Shown: piece by piece, positions 26,916-36,897 of the stretch
Layout: the number at the start of each line of letters is the position of its first letter
How positions within the stretch are numbered: the stretch's first letter is position 1
From: Candidatus Parcubacteria bacterium
Lineage (GTDB): Bacteria > Patescibacteriota > Minisyncoccia > Phycocordibacterales > JBAYGS01
Direction of reading: 5' to 3'
Length of the DNA stretch: 64,000 nt
Assembly (NCBI GenBank): GCA_039795895.1
Contig: JBDKKW010000001.1
Coordinates: forward strand, 18,837-82,836
Translations under genes and position numbers: made by a program
Notes under the pieces: model-generated
Databases searched by the model: none
What the model was told of the DNA's origin: nothing
The model's input: the letters and a program-made list of their open reading frames with translations, nothing else

Positions 26916-27059
26916 ATGACGACTCGTTCTCGTTTGTCTGCGCAGATTATCCTCTTTGTCATCACCGGGATTGTTATTTTCGGTACGGGAGGATTTTTGG
27001 CGCTTTGTGTGGGGATCTACCTCATCAAGCAACTTCCCGGGTTTCGTTCAAAAAACTAA
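26916..27059 (+). CDS. Putative small membrane protein (47 aa); below the ORF-track size cutoff
   Basis: aaaggatggatATG, MTTRSRLSAQIILFVITGIVIFGTGGFLALCVGIYLIKQLPGFRSKN. Confidence 0.3.
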   Translation: MTTRSRLSAQIILFVITGIVIFGTGGFLALCVGIYLIKQLPGFRSKN

Positions 27060-27129
27060 ATACAGTTTTCCGCCACTCTCCCCAGTGTGGCTTTTTGTTT
27101 GGGTGTGGCCAGTGGTATACTTACGGTAT

Positions 27130-27658
27130 GTTCTCCGATCCGCAGGCGATAATTGACCAACTCGAACTAGCTCCCGAATCTATCGTGGCTGATTTTGGTT
27201 CGGGCTCGGGATTTTATTCACTCGCTGCTGGACGAGTCCTGTCAGCTGGTGGAGGAAAAGTCTATGCTATTGATGTACAAAAAGAGTTACTTGAGCGACT
27301 CAAAGGATTGGCTTCAAACCAAGGTATTCACAACATAGAAGTTATTTGGGGTGATATTGAGGCGCAAAAAGGTAGTAAACTGAAAGACGGGTTGGTGGAT
27401 TGGGTGATTATCGCGAATTTACTTTTTCAGGTTCCGGAGAAATTGGCGGTGTTGAACGAGGCGAAGCGTGTACTCAAGCCACGCGGAAGAGTCTTGGTGG
27501 TAGATTGGTCTGAGTCTTTTGGTGGTACTGGTCCGGCACAGGCTGATGTGGTAACTGAGAGTGCGGTGAAGACGCTTGGGGTGACCGCAGGACTTACCTT
27601 TGAAAAAAAGATTTCCGCCGGTGAACACCATTTCGGGGTTATTTTTAGAAAAATATAA
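27130..27658 (+). CDS. Class I SAM-dependent methyltransferase
   Basis: Motif I VADFGSGSGFYS. Start trimmed to MFSDPQ. Confidence 0.75.
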
Positions 27659-27672
27659 TTTATCACTGCTGT

Positions 27673-28959
27673 ATGTCACGCTTTCAAATCATCTTACTTA
27701 CGCTCTGTGTCGTCTTTATTGTCGCTGGGGTGACCGTCTTTTCACTAACCAAAGATGCAACCAAATCAGCGCGAGGTACGACCGTGCTATGGGGAACTAT
27801 TCCTGACACTCAAATGCAAGTGATACTAAGCCAAGCGAGGGTGACGGACGGGTTGCTTGATGTGACCTATGTTCAGAAAAAGCCGGAGACATTTGATCAG
27901 GAATTCATTGAGGCATTGGCATCAGGCAAGGGTCCGGATGGAATTATTCTTTCCCAAGATTCCATTGTAAAATACGCTGACAAAATTATTCCTATCCCGT
28001 TTACCACGCTACCTGAACGTGATTTTAAAGATACGTTTGTGACTGAGGGTGATCTCTTTTTGAGTGACACAGGGGTGCTCGGTGTGCCATTTACTGTGGA
28101 TCCGCTAGTCCTTTATTGGAATCGGGATGTATTTGCCAATGCAGGTCTCGCTACTCCACCAAAGCTCTGGCAAGACTTTTTGACAATTACCCCAAAGCTC
28201 ACGGTGCGCAAAGGGGTGGGTGATGCAGTAATTACCAAGACTGCGGTGGCACTCGGTGAATATCGAAATATTGAAAACGCTAAGGCGATTTTGTCTGCAC
28301 TACTTCTTCAGGCGGGGACGCCGATTGTGTCGATGAAAAATGGTAGACCTTCGAGTGCCCTAGGTTTTCGTTCGGAACAAGGGTTTTCTCCAGCCGAATC
28401 AGTACTAAGGTTTTACACGCAGTTTGCTGATCCGCAAAAAGCGATGTATGCATGGAATCGTTCGTTTACTTCGGCCCAGCAAAAGTTTTTGTCGGGAGAT
28501 TTGGCGACCTATGTTGGTTTTGCAAGTGAACTCGCCACGCTTCGCGTAAAGAATCCAAATCTCAATTTCGATGTAACACTCTTGCCTCAGACATCAAACG
28601 ATAGTCTCAAGACTACGTTTGGTCAAATGTATGCGCTTGCGCTTGTTCGAGGCTCAGCCAACCCCAATGGGACGATCGCAAATTTTCTAAGTCTTGCTTC
28701 GGCTTCGGTCGGCTCGGTAGTGAGTGAGACATTGCATCTTCCACCTGTTCGTCGAGACTTACTTTCAGTGCAACCAACCGATCCATACAAAGCGGTATTT
28801 AATAATTCAGCGCTGGTGGCAAAAGGGTGGCTTGATCCGAGTCGATCGACAAGTGATCAGATTTTTAAAGACCTCGTTGAATCTGTATCTTCGGGTAGAC
28901 TTAGTTTGCCTGAGGCTATTTCGGAGGCTAACAACCAGCTGGATGCTGTGTTAAAATAA
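27673..28959 (+). CDS. Extracellular solute-binding protein (ABC-type, family 1-like) with an N-terminal membrane anchor
   Basis: 428 aa with an N-terminal TM helix and overall SBP-like architecture. Confidence 0.55.
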   Translation: MSRFQIILLTLCVVFIVAGVTVFSLTKDATKSARGTTVLWGTIPDTQMQVILSQARVTDGLLDVTYVQKKPETFDQEFIEALASGKGPDGIILSQDSIVKYADKIIPIPFTTLPERDFKDTFVTEGDLFLSDTGVLGVPFTVDPLVLYWNRDVFANAGLATPPKLWQDFLTITPKLTVRKGVGDAVITKTAVALGEYRNIENAKAILSALLLQAGTPIVSMKNGRPSSALGFRSEQGFSPAESVLRFYTQFADPQKAMYAWNRSFTSAQQKFLSGDLATYVGFASELATLRVKNPNLNFDVTLLPQTSNDSLKTTFGQMYALALVRGSANPNGTIANFLSLASASVGSVVSETLHLPPVRRDLLSVQPTDPYKAVFNNSALVAKGWLDPSRSTSDQIFKDLVESVSSGRLSLPEAISEANNQLDAVLK

Positions 28960-29414
28960 TGGGTATGATTTTTCCTGTTCTCACAAGTAGTGTGTTTAAA
29001 AGTATTTCGCGAGTGCTTTCTGGTGGGGCGCTGTTTGTGATGTTGGTGTTGTCGATGGTAGGGAGTGGTATATCTTTTGTATCTGCTCAAAACGACCCTT
29101 CTCAGGCAGGATTTCAAGTTGTTCCGTGTGACGGTGTCACCGTCAAATGTGATTACAACCAATTCATCATTGGTATCCAGCGTATCATCAAGGCATGTAT
29201 TCTTTTTGCAATACCACTTTCGGCTGGTGTGTTTGGGTGGTTTGGGATCAAGATGATGACTGCAGGAGGAGATGTAAAGGCACGCGAAGAAGCAAAAAAA
29301 GCGATGTTTATGGTCCTGAAAGGGATGCTTTTGATGCTTTCTGCATGGTATGTGGTAGATCTCGCGCTCGGCGGTCTGCTTTCAGCCGATTTTAAAAGTG
29401 GTTTACAACACTAA
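28959..29414 (+). CDS. TrbC/VirB2-like small membrane protein (pilin-like), paralog 1 of 5
   Basis: Signal/TM segment plus two C-terminal TM helices separated by a charged loop (..GDVKAREEAKKA..). Confidence 0.55.
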   Translation: MGMIFPVLTSSVFKSISRVLSGGALFVMLVLSMVGSGISFVSAQNDPSQAGFQVVPCDGVTVKCDYNQFIIGIQRIIKACILFAIPLSAGVFGWFGIKMMTAGGDVKAREEAKKAMFMVLKGMLLMLSAWYVVDLALGGLLSADFKSGLQH

Positions 29415-29415
29415 T

Positions 29416-29781
29416 ATGAAAAAAATACGCACCTTCGGAATTATGTTGCTTGCGAGTACAGTCTTATTGGGACCAATGTTTGTGCTAGCAGATCAGGTGG
29501 CGAGTGGATTGCCAAACCCGCTTGGCTCCCAAAACGGTACCATCTACGATTTCGTTAAAGCAGTTCTGGGTATCTTCCTTAAAATCGGTATCTTTGTCTC
29601 GGCCTGTTCCTTCATCTACTCGGGCTTCCTTTTCGTGAAGGCTCAGGGTGATGCAAAAGGGAGGGAGGAGGCTTCAAATGCTTTTTTGAATACCGTCATC
29701 GGTACAGCGTTGCTTCTGGGTTCTTGGGGATTGTCGCAGATTATTAAGACGACAATTAGCAGTATTACTGGTATAAATTAA
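29416..29781 (+). CDS. TrbC/VirB2-like small membrane protein, paralog 2
   Basis: MKKIRTFGIMLLASTVLLGPMFVLA signal; ..FLFVKAQGDAKGREEASNAFLNTVIGTALLLGSWGLSQII. Confidence 0.55.
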   Translation: MKKIRTFGIMLLASTVLLGPMFVLADQVASGLPNPLGSQNGTIYDFVKAVLGIFLKIGIFVSACSFIYSGFLFVKAQGDAKGREEASNAFLNTVIGTALLLGSWGLSQIIKTTISSITGIN

Positions 29782-29786
29782 ATAGT

Positions 29787-30182
29787 ATGAATATGGTTAT
29801 GTTTAAAAAGAATCTAAGATCGGTTGTTGTTGGGATGGTGTTGAGTGTTAACGCCTTTTTGGTGATGACTACGTCGGTCAGTGCACAATCTGTCCCTGCA
29901 AGCAAGATTAAGGATTTTCCTGACCTGATGCATTTTGCGATGAGTACTATCAATGACATTATTGTGTTCATTGTTGCCCTCGGGGTAGTGTGGGTAGTGT
30001 ATCTCGCTTTCTTGTTGATTAAAGTCGAAGGAGAGAAGAAAGATGAGGCTCGAAATTCAATTATTTACGGACTAGTGGGTATCTTTGTGATGATTTCGAT
30101 ATGGGGTTTGGTCAATATCTTTGTAAATACGTTTCAGTTAGATAACGATACCAAGCCTGTGCCACCGACACTCTCGAATTAA
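29787..30182 (+). CDS. TrbC/VirB2-like small membrane protein, paralog 3
   Basis: ..AFLLIKVEGEKKDEARNSIIYGLVGIFVMISIWGLVNIFVNTF. Confidence 0.55.
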   Translation: MNMVMFKKNLRSVVVGMVLSVNAFLVMTTSVSAQSVPASKIKDFPDLMHFAMSTINDIIVFIVALGVVWVVYLAFLLIKVEGEKKDEARNSIIYGLVGIFVMISIWGLVNIFVNTFQLDNDTKPVPPTLSN

Positions 30183-30286
30183 GTAACATGTCGGCTGTTC
30201 TGGGTATCCACAGGGTGGTGTTTGATGGCAACCTCTCGTGATATACTTACGGGTATAGTAATTATCATTAGTAGTAATTAATTTAT

Positions 30287-30649
30287 ATGAAGAAATTTGC
30301 AATTGCGCTTTCAGTATTGGTTTTTCCAGCGTTAGCGTTGGCCCAGTACTCTATTAGTAGTTCTGATGATTTGTATATGACAGCTCTCAATGTAATCAAT
30401 CGTGTGGTAACACTCATTATTGCATTGGCGGTTGTGTACACTGTCTATGGTGCATTTCGATACGGCTTCGGGGGCGAAGAAGAGAAGTCAAAGTGGAAGG
30501 ATACCATCTTGTACGGTATCATTGCTATCTTTGTGATGGTGTCTATCTGGGGCTTGGTAAATATTTTGACTGGTACTTTCCGTCTCAATTCAACCACTGT
30601 TCCAACTACGGCTCCAGATGTAACCACCTTCCGGAGGGGTACAATTTAA
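30287..30649 (+). CDS. TrbC/VirB2-like small membrane protein, paralog 4
   Basis: ..GAFRYGFGGEEEKSKWKDTILYGIIAIFVMVSIWGLVNILTGTF; shares the IWGLVNI motif with paralog 3. Confidence 0.55.
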   Translation: MKKFAIALSVLVFPALALAQYSISSSDDLYMTALNVINRVVTLIIALAVVYTVYGAFRYGFGGEEEKSKWKDTILYGIIAIFVMVSIWGLVNILTGTFRLNSTTVPTTAPDVTTFRRGTI

Positions 30650-30665
30650 CTAGCACATTTGTTTT

Positions 30666-30947
30666 GTGAACACTGTCTACGCTGAAATCAACGCAAACTC
30701 GGCTGATCCATTGATCGCTAAGGTTTTGACACTCGTGGTCAATCCACTCGTTGGTTTCTTGTTTGCGCTGGCGGTACTCTACTTTCTCTGGGGTGTCTTC
30801 AAGTTTATTCAACACTCTGAAGACAGTACTGCAAGAGAGGAAGGACAGCAACATATGCTCTGGGGGGTCATCGGGATTGTGATTATGGTGTCGGCATACG
30901 GCTTGATTCACTTCATTCAAAATTCGTTGGCAGTGATCGGGGCGTAG
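30666..30947 (+). CDS. TrbC/VirB2-like small membrane protein, paralog 5
   Basis: ..FIQHSEDSTAREEGQQHMLWGVIGIVIMVSAYGLIHFI. Confidence 0.5.
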   Translation: MNTVYAEINANSADPLIAKVLTLVVNPLVGFLFALAVLYFLWGVFKFIQHSEDSTAREEGQQHMLWGVIGIVIMVSAYGLIHFIQNSLAVIGA

Positions 30948-31143
30948 GAATAGAAACGAGATTCAAGAATCTAGATGTAAGTGAAGAAAAAGCGACGAAG
31001 GCGAAAGCCTTCGTCGCTTTTTCATCCTATCCTTAATTCTTAAATCTTGATTCTGGGTTTCATTCTACCCAAAAGAAAACCCCGTAGAGTGCCAGTGTGG
31101 CGCTCTACGGGGGCGATTTGTGCGAGATACTCCGACTTTCGGA

Positions 31144-31632
31144 TTATAGCTCGCGAATGAACAAGGCGACCGATTCTCGACCGGGCGCTTTGAAGGAAAC
31201 ACTCCATTTTGCACCACAGTCCACATGACTGTCGGGGGTAAGGAGTACAGGCTTGTTGGTATTTCCTTCAGGATAGGCTATGACAGTTCCGCTACGAATG
31301 ACTTCGTATCGTGCTCCGGGAGCAAGCTCTATCTGAAGATCTACCAATCGAGTGACTTCACCTGGGTAGGCAGTAAGAGAAATTTCGCGTTTGGGGCGAA
31401 CTTCGCTCGGCCTGCTTGCGGAGGTATGGGAAACTTTCTTTGAGTTGTCGTAACAACCCTTGAAACCCCACACCAAGATACCGACTATCACCAGAAACTT
31501 CCAGTTGTTGCCGAACCAGGTTTTGACGCTGGTGCCAGCACCTGCAGGAAGCGAGGGGAGTGTCGGTGTTCCGAATGCAGCGATGAGGGTGGTGATAACC
31601 ACCACTCCCACTACGATCCATACCCAGATCAT
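31144..31632 (-). CDS. Membrane protein, possibly NfeD-like partner of the upstream SPFH protein
   Basis: Two N-terminal TM helices plus a soluble C-terminal region. It overlaps the upstream gene by 4 nt (ATGA). Confidence 0.4.
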   Translation of the reverse strand: MIWVWIVVGVVVITTLIAAFGTPTLPSLPAGAGTSVKTWFGNNWKFLVIVGILVWGFKGCYDNSKKVSHTSASRPSEVRPKREISLTAYPGEVTRLVDLQIELAPGARYEVIRSGTVIAYPEGNTNKPVLLTPDSHVDCGAKWSVSFKAPGRESVALFIREL

Positions 31633-32699
31633 GGTGTACCTCCTTTTTTTGTGTCATCCTCTACGAGGAGCTGGGCTCCACCACCAAGGACGAGGGTGCC
31701 TTGATGCTTTTGAATCGCATCAGCAAGCCCGCGTCTTGCTTGGGGGTCGTGTTTTTGCAAACGCTCGTAGCGAGCCGCTTCAACTTCGACGTCAGCCATA
31801 CCTTTCGTTCTTCCTGCGGTAGCCAATCTTTCGATGGCTTTTGCATCGGCTTCAGTCTTTGTTGCGAGGACTTTAGCAGCTAGTTCGGCTGCCTTAATGT
31901 TTGCCTCACCCTCAAGCTGAGCTCGTGCAGTCTTTTCCGCTGCGTCAGCGAGACCACCAGCCACGTCGTAGCCTAAGAATTCGGCGGAGTTGAATTTCAC
32001 TCCACACATTTCCAAGAGACTAAGACTTACTGCACTGGTCAGCGTCGTATTGAGACCCATGACTCGGGCACTCAATTGGTTTACGTGTGCTGGAGTATTG
32101 GCACGGAAGTCAACCGATGTCTGCGAACGCAGATAATCGGTCGCCACTGCCGTAATCTTTGCAGTGGCGTTGGCGAGCCAATCGGGAGTCTTGAAGAGCA
32201 TTGTCTCCACATTGACCGCTTCGATCGTGACCAAGAGTCTCAGATTGATTTTTGCCCCATCTGCAGTCTCGGCATCAGTGATTTCGATTGCATACGGGAA
32301 TCGGAAGTAAACGCTCATCGCGTCACCATCTCTTGCTTCGATTGTGTGCTCCTTTGCATCTTTCTTTTTTGTCCACTTGTTCCAGTGGAATGGATAGGTG
32401 TAGATACTACGGAAGGGCGGAACACCGATCCAATAGATTCCATACCAACCATTGGGACCCGCTACGCCGGGGGTGTGTTTGATCACACCTGTGCTTGGAT
32501 CGATCGAGTAGTCCCTAATACAGGATATAAACTCGTGTTGGGTTTTTCCACTCATGATGGTCAGTATCTGACCTTCAGGGAGCATGACCCAACCAATACC
32601 TTTTTTTGCTAGGATATAGATCCATAAGGGGATCATCGCTAGCAAAACGAGAACCGCGATTCCGAATTGAATCGGATGTTGTGCGATAATTTCGTTCAT
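31629..32699 (-). CDS. SPFH/band-7 (stomatin/flotillin/HflK-like) family membrane protein
   Basis: N-terminal TM helix, a central SPFH-like region, and an Ala/Glu/Lys-rich coiled C-terminus (AEKTARAQLEGEANIKAAELAAKVLATKTEADAKAIERL). Confidence 0.55.
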   Translation of the reverse strand: MNEIIAQHPIQFGIAVLVLLAMIPLWIYILAKKGIGWVMLPEGQILTIMSGKTQHEFISCIRDYSIDPSTGVIKHTPGVAGPNGWYGIYWIGVPPFRSIYTYPFHWNKWTKKKDAKEHTIEARDGDAMSVYFRFPYAIEITDAETADGAKINLRLLVTIEAVNVETMLFKTPDWLANATAKITAVATDYLRSQTSVDFRANTPAHVNQLSARVMGLNTTLTSAVSLSLLEMCGVKFNSAEFLGYDVAGGLADAAEKTARAQLEGEANIKAAELAAKVLATKTEADAKAIERLATAGRTKGMADVEVEAARYERLQKHDPQARRGLADAIQKHQGTLVLGGGAQLLVEDDTKKGGTP

Positions 32700-33066
32700 T
32701 TTTTTCCTTATTTTGTTGTCAGGGCCGGTGGGGAAACAGATCCCTTAGGCGTACTAACGTTCTAGGGTTAAGTATAGCATATTTGAATAATAAAGTCAAA
32801 TGAATCAGGGCGAGGGAGAAATGGCTTAATGGAGGCGTATTTTAGATAATTTGTCGCGGTTCAGTTTACTTATTTTAGGGGAGAGTCTCGATCGTTGCTC
32901 GGTCAGTACCCGCGATTGGATTATTGTGGATAGAGGCTCGGTCACGCATAATCTTTTGCTAAAGATTTGCGCGACCCCGACTCGCGCCGTCGCGCTCCGT
33001 CTTTCGAGTCTCCATCCACAAGACATACAAAAAGACTGGAATTCAATCCAGTCTTTTTGTATGTTG

Positions 33067-33147
33067 TGGGCGAGGGGAGACTCGAACTCCCACACCTTAC
33101 GGTACTAGTTCCTAAGACTAGTGCGGCTACCATTACGCCACTCGCCC
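33067..33147 (-). tRNA. tRNA-Leu (anticodon TAG), long variable arm, no CCA
   Basis: Reverse complement GGGCGAGTGGCGTAATGGTAGCCGCACTAGTCTTAGGAACTAG...GGGAGTTCGAGTCTCCCCTCGCCCA. Confidence 0.75.
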
Positions 33148-33345
33148 AGTGAAGTTCCTTCGTATCCAGTAGGAAATTCGAAGCTTATCGTAAATTTGAT
33201 CAACATGCTTTGTGGTCACGGATATTTTACTCGTCGTCACTCGTAAAATTCCTCGACCTCGACTCGGTTGTTTTGTCTGCTGACAAAACATACCTCCGTC
33301 TCGCACCAGTAAACAAAAAAGTTACGCAGGCAACTTTTTTGATTC

Positions 33346-33421
33346 TGGTGCGCCCAGTAGGAATCGAACCTACGACCTTCTCCTTAAGAGGGAGCAGCTC
33401 TACCAACTGAGCTATGGGCGC
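33346..33421 (-). tRNA. tRNA-Lys (anticodon CTT), CCA encoded
   Basis: Reverse complement GCGCCCATAGCTCAGTTGGTAGAGCTGCTCCCTCTTAAGGAGAAGGTCGTAGGTTCGATTCCTACTGGGCGCACCA. Confidence 0.8.
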
Positions 33422-33651
33422 ATATATGTTCTCTATCGAATAAATCCGAAAGAGTGTTGAAAAATATAGCAAAATTTTAATGATTTAGCAATATGGGGTA
33501 CTTGAGGTGGGATATCTTTCTCTATGAGAACAGTATCCCAATTGGATATTTTATTTCGCAAAGCTCTTAAAATATCTCAATCGGGCTTCGATTTCCACCT
33601 CGAAAGCGTAACACGCTTTCTTCGAGCACAAAGCTCACTTCGTTCGTTTTG

Positions 33652-33737
33652 TGCTCGAGGTGGGAATCGAACCCACATGTCTTTTAAGGGACGGGGGATT
33701 TTAAGTCCCCTGCGGCTACCAATTACGCCACTCGAGC
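33652..33737 (-). tRNA. tRNA-Leu (anticodon TAA), long variable arm
   Basis: Reverse complement GCTCGAGTGGCGTAATTGGTAGCCGCAGGGGACTTAAAATCCCC...GGGTTCGATTCCCACCTCGAGCA. Confidence 0.75.
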
Positions 33738-33766
33738 ATGTTGCGCGAAAGCTGAGTGCTTTCTCG

Positions 33767-33841
33767 TGGAGGCCACGGCGAGAATCGAACTCGCGCATAG
33801 AGATTTTGCAGATCTCCGAATTACCACTTTTCTACGTGGCC
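33767..33841 (-). tRNA. tRNA-Cys (anticodon GCA), CCA encoded
   Basis: Reverse complement GGCCACGTAGAAAAGTGGTAATTCGGAGATCTGCAAAATCTCTATGCGCGAGTTCGATTCTCGCCGTGGCCTCCA. Confidence 0.8.
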
Positions 33842-33849
33842 AGGTTGTA

Positions 33850-34194
33850 TTATGCGATGTTTTTGTTCATCACTGAAATCTCGTCTAATTTCTGACGAGT
33901 CTTCTCGCCTAAGTCTAACTCAAAATTGAAAAATGGGATACGGCCAATCTTTGAATGCGAGAGAACGTATTGTCGAAATTCTCCTCGCATACGCTTGGCA
34001 AAGTCGAGTGCCATCGCTTCTTTGTCCTCGGGCATCACGGTGATATAGATGGTGGCTTGTTTACCTTTGTCGAAGACGGTCACGTGTGTCACGGTGATGA
34101 GAGAAGTGCGGTTTGACTCAGCCTGAAGAAAGCGAGCGGCAAGCTCACGAATCATATCTCCGAGACGTTCGTCTTTGTGTGCATCAACAGGCAT
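33850..34194 (-). CDS. rbfA: Ribosome-binding factor A
   Basis: MPVDAHKDERLGDMIRELAARFLQAESNRTSLITVTHVTVFDKGKQATIYITVM... Start trimmed to MPVD. Confidence 0.8.
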   Translation of the reverse strand: MPVDAHKDERLGDMIRELAARFLQAESNRTSLITVTHVTVFDKGKQATIYITVMPEDKEAMALDFAKRMRGEFRQYVLSHSKIGRIPFFNFELDLGEKTRQKLDEISVMNKNIA

Positions 34195-34360
34195 AGAGGG
34201 TAGTATACACGGGGGTAGGGTAGAAGCAAGATGGGGGATTAGACGAGTCAGCAAGAGAGATAAGAAGACCGGTCAGACCGAAAAAAAAGACGAGGACAGT
34301 CGCAAAGCGATCGTCTCTCACATGTCTTCTTGTCTGACAGGTCTGACTTGTCTTCTACAC

Positions 34361-35866
34361 TCATCTCGCTACCGTCGTAAAGCTTTCGATTCTATCACCC
34401 GCCACGAGTTCCATTGGTGCTTGGACTTGGGCGCCGAATTCATATCCCTCTCGAACTTCTGAAGCCACTTCTTTTTGTTGTTGGAGACTTCGGATCTTGC
34501 CTTTGCCGAGCACTTCTTCTCGGCGGATAATCTTCACTTCGTCGCCAATCTTGATCGAGCCACTCTCGACTTTGCCACCAAGAATATACTTATCTTTAGT
34601 GTTACTAAAGATTTTTACAATTTTTGCTTTGCCGTGTGCCTCATCGACATCAACTTTCGGTACACGTTCTTTGAGAGCTTTTTCAAGCCACTCGGTGAGT
34701 GCGTAGATAATATCAAAAGTAACAATAGGGATGTTTGATCGGTCAGCCCATTCTTTGGCACGAGGTTCGACTCCGACCGCAAAGCCGATGATGATGGCGT
34801 TGGCTTTGCCTCCAGCCGTCTTGGCGTCGTTTTCACTGATGGCGCCGATACCTGAGTGGATGATGCGGACGGCGAGTTTTTCGTTCTTCCACTTACCGAC
34901 TTCGTAACGGATAGCGTCGAGGGTGCCAGCCGTATCGGCCTTAATGACAAGTGGTACACAAATACATTCTTCTTCGGTGGTACTGATGGTTTGGGGCTTA
35001 CTCTTTCCTGCAAGGACCGAGGCTTTTTGAGTCTCAGCGTATTTTTCAGCATCTTTTTTATTGGCAAATGCTTTGCAGATAGTGCCAACTGGTGGAAGTG
35101 AATCAAAACCGATGATGCGTACTGGAGCCGAAGGGATAGCGTCGGTAATTTTCTTGCCAACTGCGTTTTCAATAATTCGTCCGGGAGAAAAACTATCGCC
35201 TGCAACAAAGCACATCCCTTTTTCGATATGGCCGTCTCGAAGGACGACGGTCGCAGTGATACCTTTCTTCGTGTCGATATAGGCTTCAATCACAACGCCT
35301 TCTGCGGGTTTGGCGGTATCAATTAATTTCTCTTCGATATCAGCCGAAAGGAGAATGGTGTCGAGGAGTTCGGGAATACCCTCACCAGTTTTTGCGGAAA
35401 CGCCAACCCACGAGGTGGTACCACCGTAGCCTTCGACATAGATTTCATTTTCAGCGAGGCTTTGCTTGGTGCGCTCGATGTTGACTGCGGGCTTGTCGAT
35501 TTTATTGATGGCGACGACATAGGGGAGCTTGGCATTCGTAATCGCTTTGAGCGCGTCGAGAGTTTGAGGTTTGACTCCATCTTCAGCTGAGACAACGAGA
35601 ATCGCTACGTCAGCCACGGTGGCGCCACGAGAGCGCATGGCACCAAAGGCTTCGTGTCCGGGGGTATCGAGAAAGGTGATCTTGCGACCCATATGTTCTA
35701 CCTCATAGGCAGAGAGACGCTGGGTAATGCCACCAACTTCTTTTTCGGCTACATTGGTCTTGCGAATAAAGTCGAGGAGGGTACTCTTGCCGTGATCAAT
35801 ATGCCCCATCACTGACACGACGGGCGGACGCTTTTGGATATTTGGTTGTGCAGGTGAGGGAGTCAT
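34361..35866 (-). CDS. infB: Translation initiation factor IF-2 (compact, 501 aa)
   Basis: G domain [30 protein letters not shown], then IF-2 domain II and C-terminal domains. Confidence 0.95.
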   Translation of the reverse strand: MTPSPAQPNIQKRPPVVSVMGHIDHGKSTLLDFIRKTNVAEKEVGGITQRLSAYEVEHMGRKITFLDTPGHEAFGAMRSRGATVADVAILVVSAEDGVKPQTLDALKAITNAKLPYVVAINKIDKPAVNIERTKQSLAENEIYVEGYGGTTSWVGVSAKTGEGIPELLDTILLSADIEEKLIDTAKPAEGVVIEAYIDTKKGITATVVLRDGHIEKGMCFVAGDSFSPGRIIENAVGKKITDAIPSAPVRIIGFDSLPPVGTICKAFANKKDAEKYAETQKASVLAGKSKPQTISTTEEECICVPLVIKADTAGTLDAIRYEVGKWKNEKLAVRIIHSGIGAISENDAKTAGGKANAIIIGFAVGVEPRAKEWADRSNIPIVTFDIIYALTEWLEKALKERVPKVDVDEAHGKAKIVKIFSNTKDKYILGGKVESGSIKIGDEVKIIRREEVLGKGKIRSLQQQKEVASEVREGYEFGAQVQAPMELVAGDRIESFTTVAR

Positions 35867-35918
35867 ACGGTGGGTGTGTTAGCGAGTTCATCTTGCGTAA
35901 GCTATGGGGTAGTGACGA

Positions 35919-36392
35919 TTATTCTTTCGCGAGCACTGATTTTGCTTCAGTAAGGGCATTTTTTTCTTCAGCACTGAGTTCAAATTCAGATGTAAATTTC
36001 TGAAGCGGTTTTGAAAAGATACTGACATGTTCGCGACTATACAAGCTAGAGAGGACAACGCCGTCGCCGTTTTCACTCACGAAAGCGGTGGCGAAGCTTT
36101 GGTTGCCTCCAGAGCCGGTACCTTTGAATGGATTGAAGCGAATAGTTTTGACACCAGTGATACTCTTGCGTACTCGCTCATCCATTTTCTCAATGTATTC
36201 CTCAGATACTTCTTTGTATTTTCGCAAATACGCAATATCTTTTTTGAGATTAGCGATACTCTCGTCGACAGTTTCGGCTTTGCCGTGAAGCATCTTTTTT
36301 AAGAGTATTTCTAGGCGAATAACCCAAATAATCAAGAGGATGATGATCGCAACAAGTGCACACAATATGTAGGTGTTTGTATCAAACAGCAT
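35919..36392 (-). CDS. Membrane-anchored hypothetical protein (DUF4446-like)
   Basis: N-terminal TM helix and a coiled region; 157 aa. Confidence 0.45.
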   Translation of the reverse strand: MLFDTNTYILCALVAIIILLIIWVIRLEILLKKMLHGKAETVDESIANLKKDIAYLRKYKEVSEEYIEKMDERVRKSITGVKTIRFNPFKGTGSGGNQSFATAFVSENGDGVVLSSLYSREHVSIFSKPLQKFTSEFELSAEEKNALTEAKSVLAKE

Positions 36393-36482
36393 ACGGGCTA
36401 GTCTACGTCATTTTACTGATTTTTGCCAGCTACGAGTGTAGATAAAAGAAAAGCTTCTTCGACGAGCGAAGAAGCTTGGGGA

Positions 36483-36839
36483 TTACTTGACCCTTAGGAT
36501 TTCCATGAGCAAGGGGAGCATGCTTTGTCCCTTTGGGAAAAAGCGATGAGCGCCTGCCTCCAATGCTTGCAGGTGTATGTTCCCTTGAGCGCTAGTGGTG
36601 AGAATGATGTGAGCCGTCGGAACGCGCTTCTTTGCCGCCTGAACTACCTGAAGACCATCCGCACCTGGCATCTCATAATCAGTGATGATGTGAGTGATGT
36701 CGGGATGAGTCTCGATATGCGCAAGCGCTTCGACTCCGTTATTTGCCACAAGGATGATTGTGTCCCTTCTGAGATGTTCGATCATCTTTTGTGTGACGGA
36801 TAGTAGTTGGGGATTGTCGTCAGCAAGTAGTATTTTCAT
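36483..36839 (-). CDS. Stand-alone response regulator receiver (CheY-like REC) domain protein
   Basis: MKILLADDNPQLL...ITDYEMPGADGLQVV...ILTT. Conserved D at positions 8/9 and 54 with K near 104 gives the REC pattern. Confidence 0.8.
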   Translation of the reverse strand: MKILLADDNPQLLSVTQKMIEHLRRDTIILVANNGVEALAHIETHPDITHIITDYEMPGADGLQVVQAAKKRVPTAHIILTTSAQGNIHLQALEAGAHRFFPKGQSMLPLLMEILRVK

Positions 36840-36897
36840 TTTTGGTATAGAACTGATTGCTTTTTTTCTGGCGTAATGATAGCTTATATTTATATTT

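Noticed and set aside
32826-33108. ORFs 32826..33095(-) and 32851..33108(+)
   Set aside because: Overlap tRNA-Leu(TAG) and its terminator. No RBS or domain.
34615-35289. Minus ORF of 224 aa in another frame within infB
   Set aside because: Overlaps infB out of frame. infB has unambiguous GTPase motifs.
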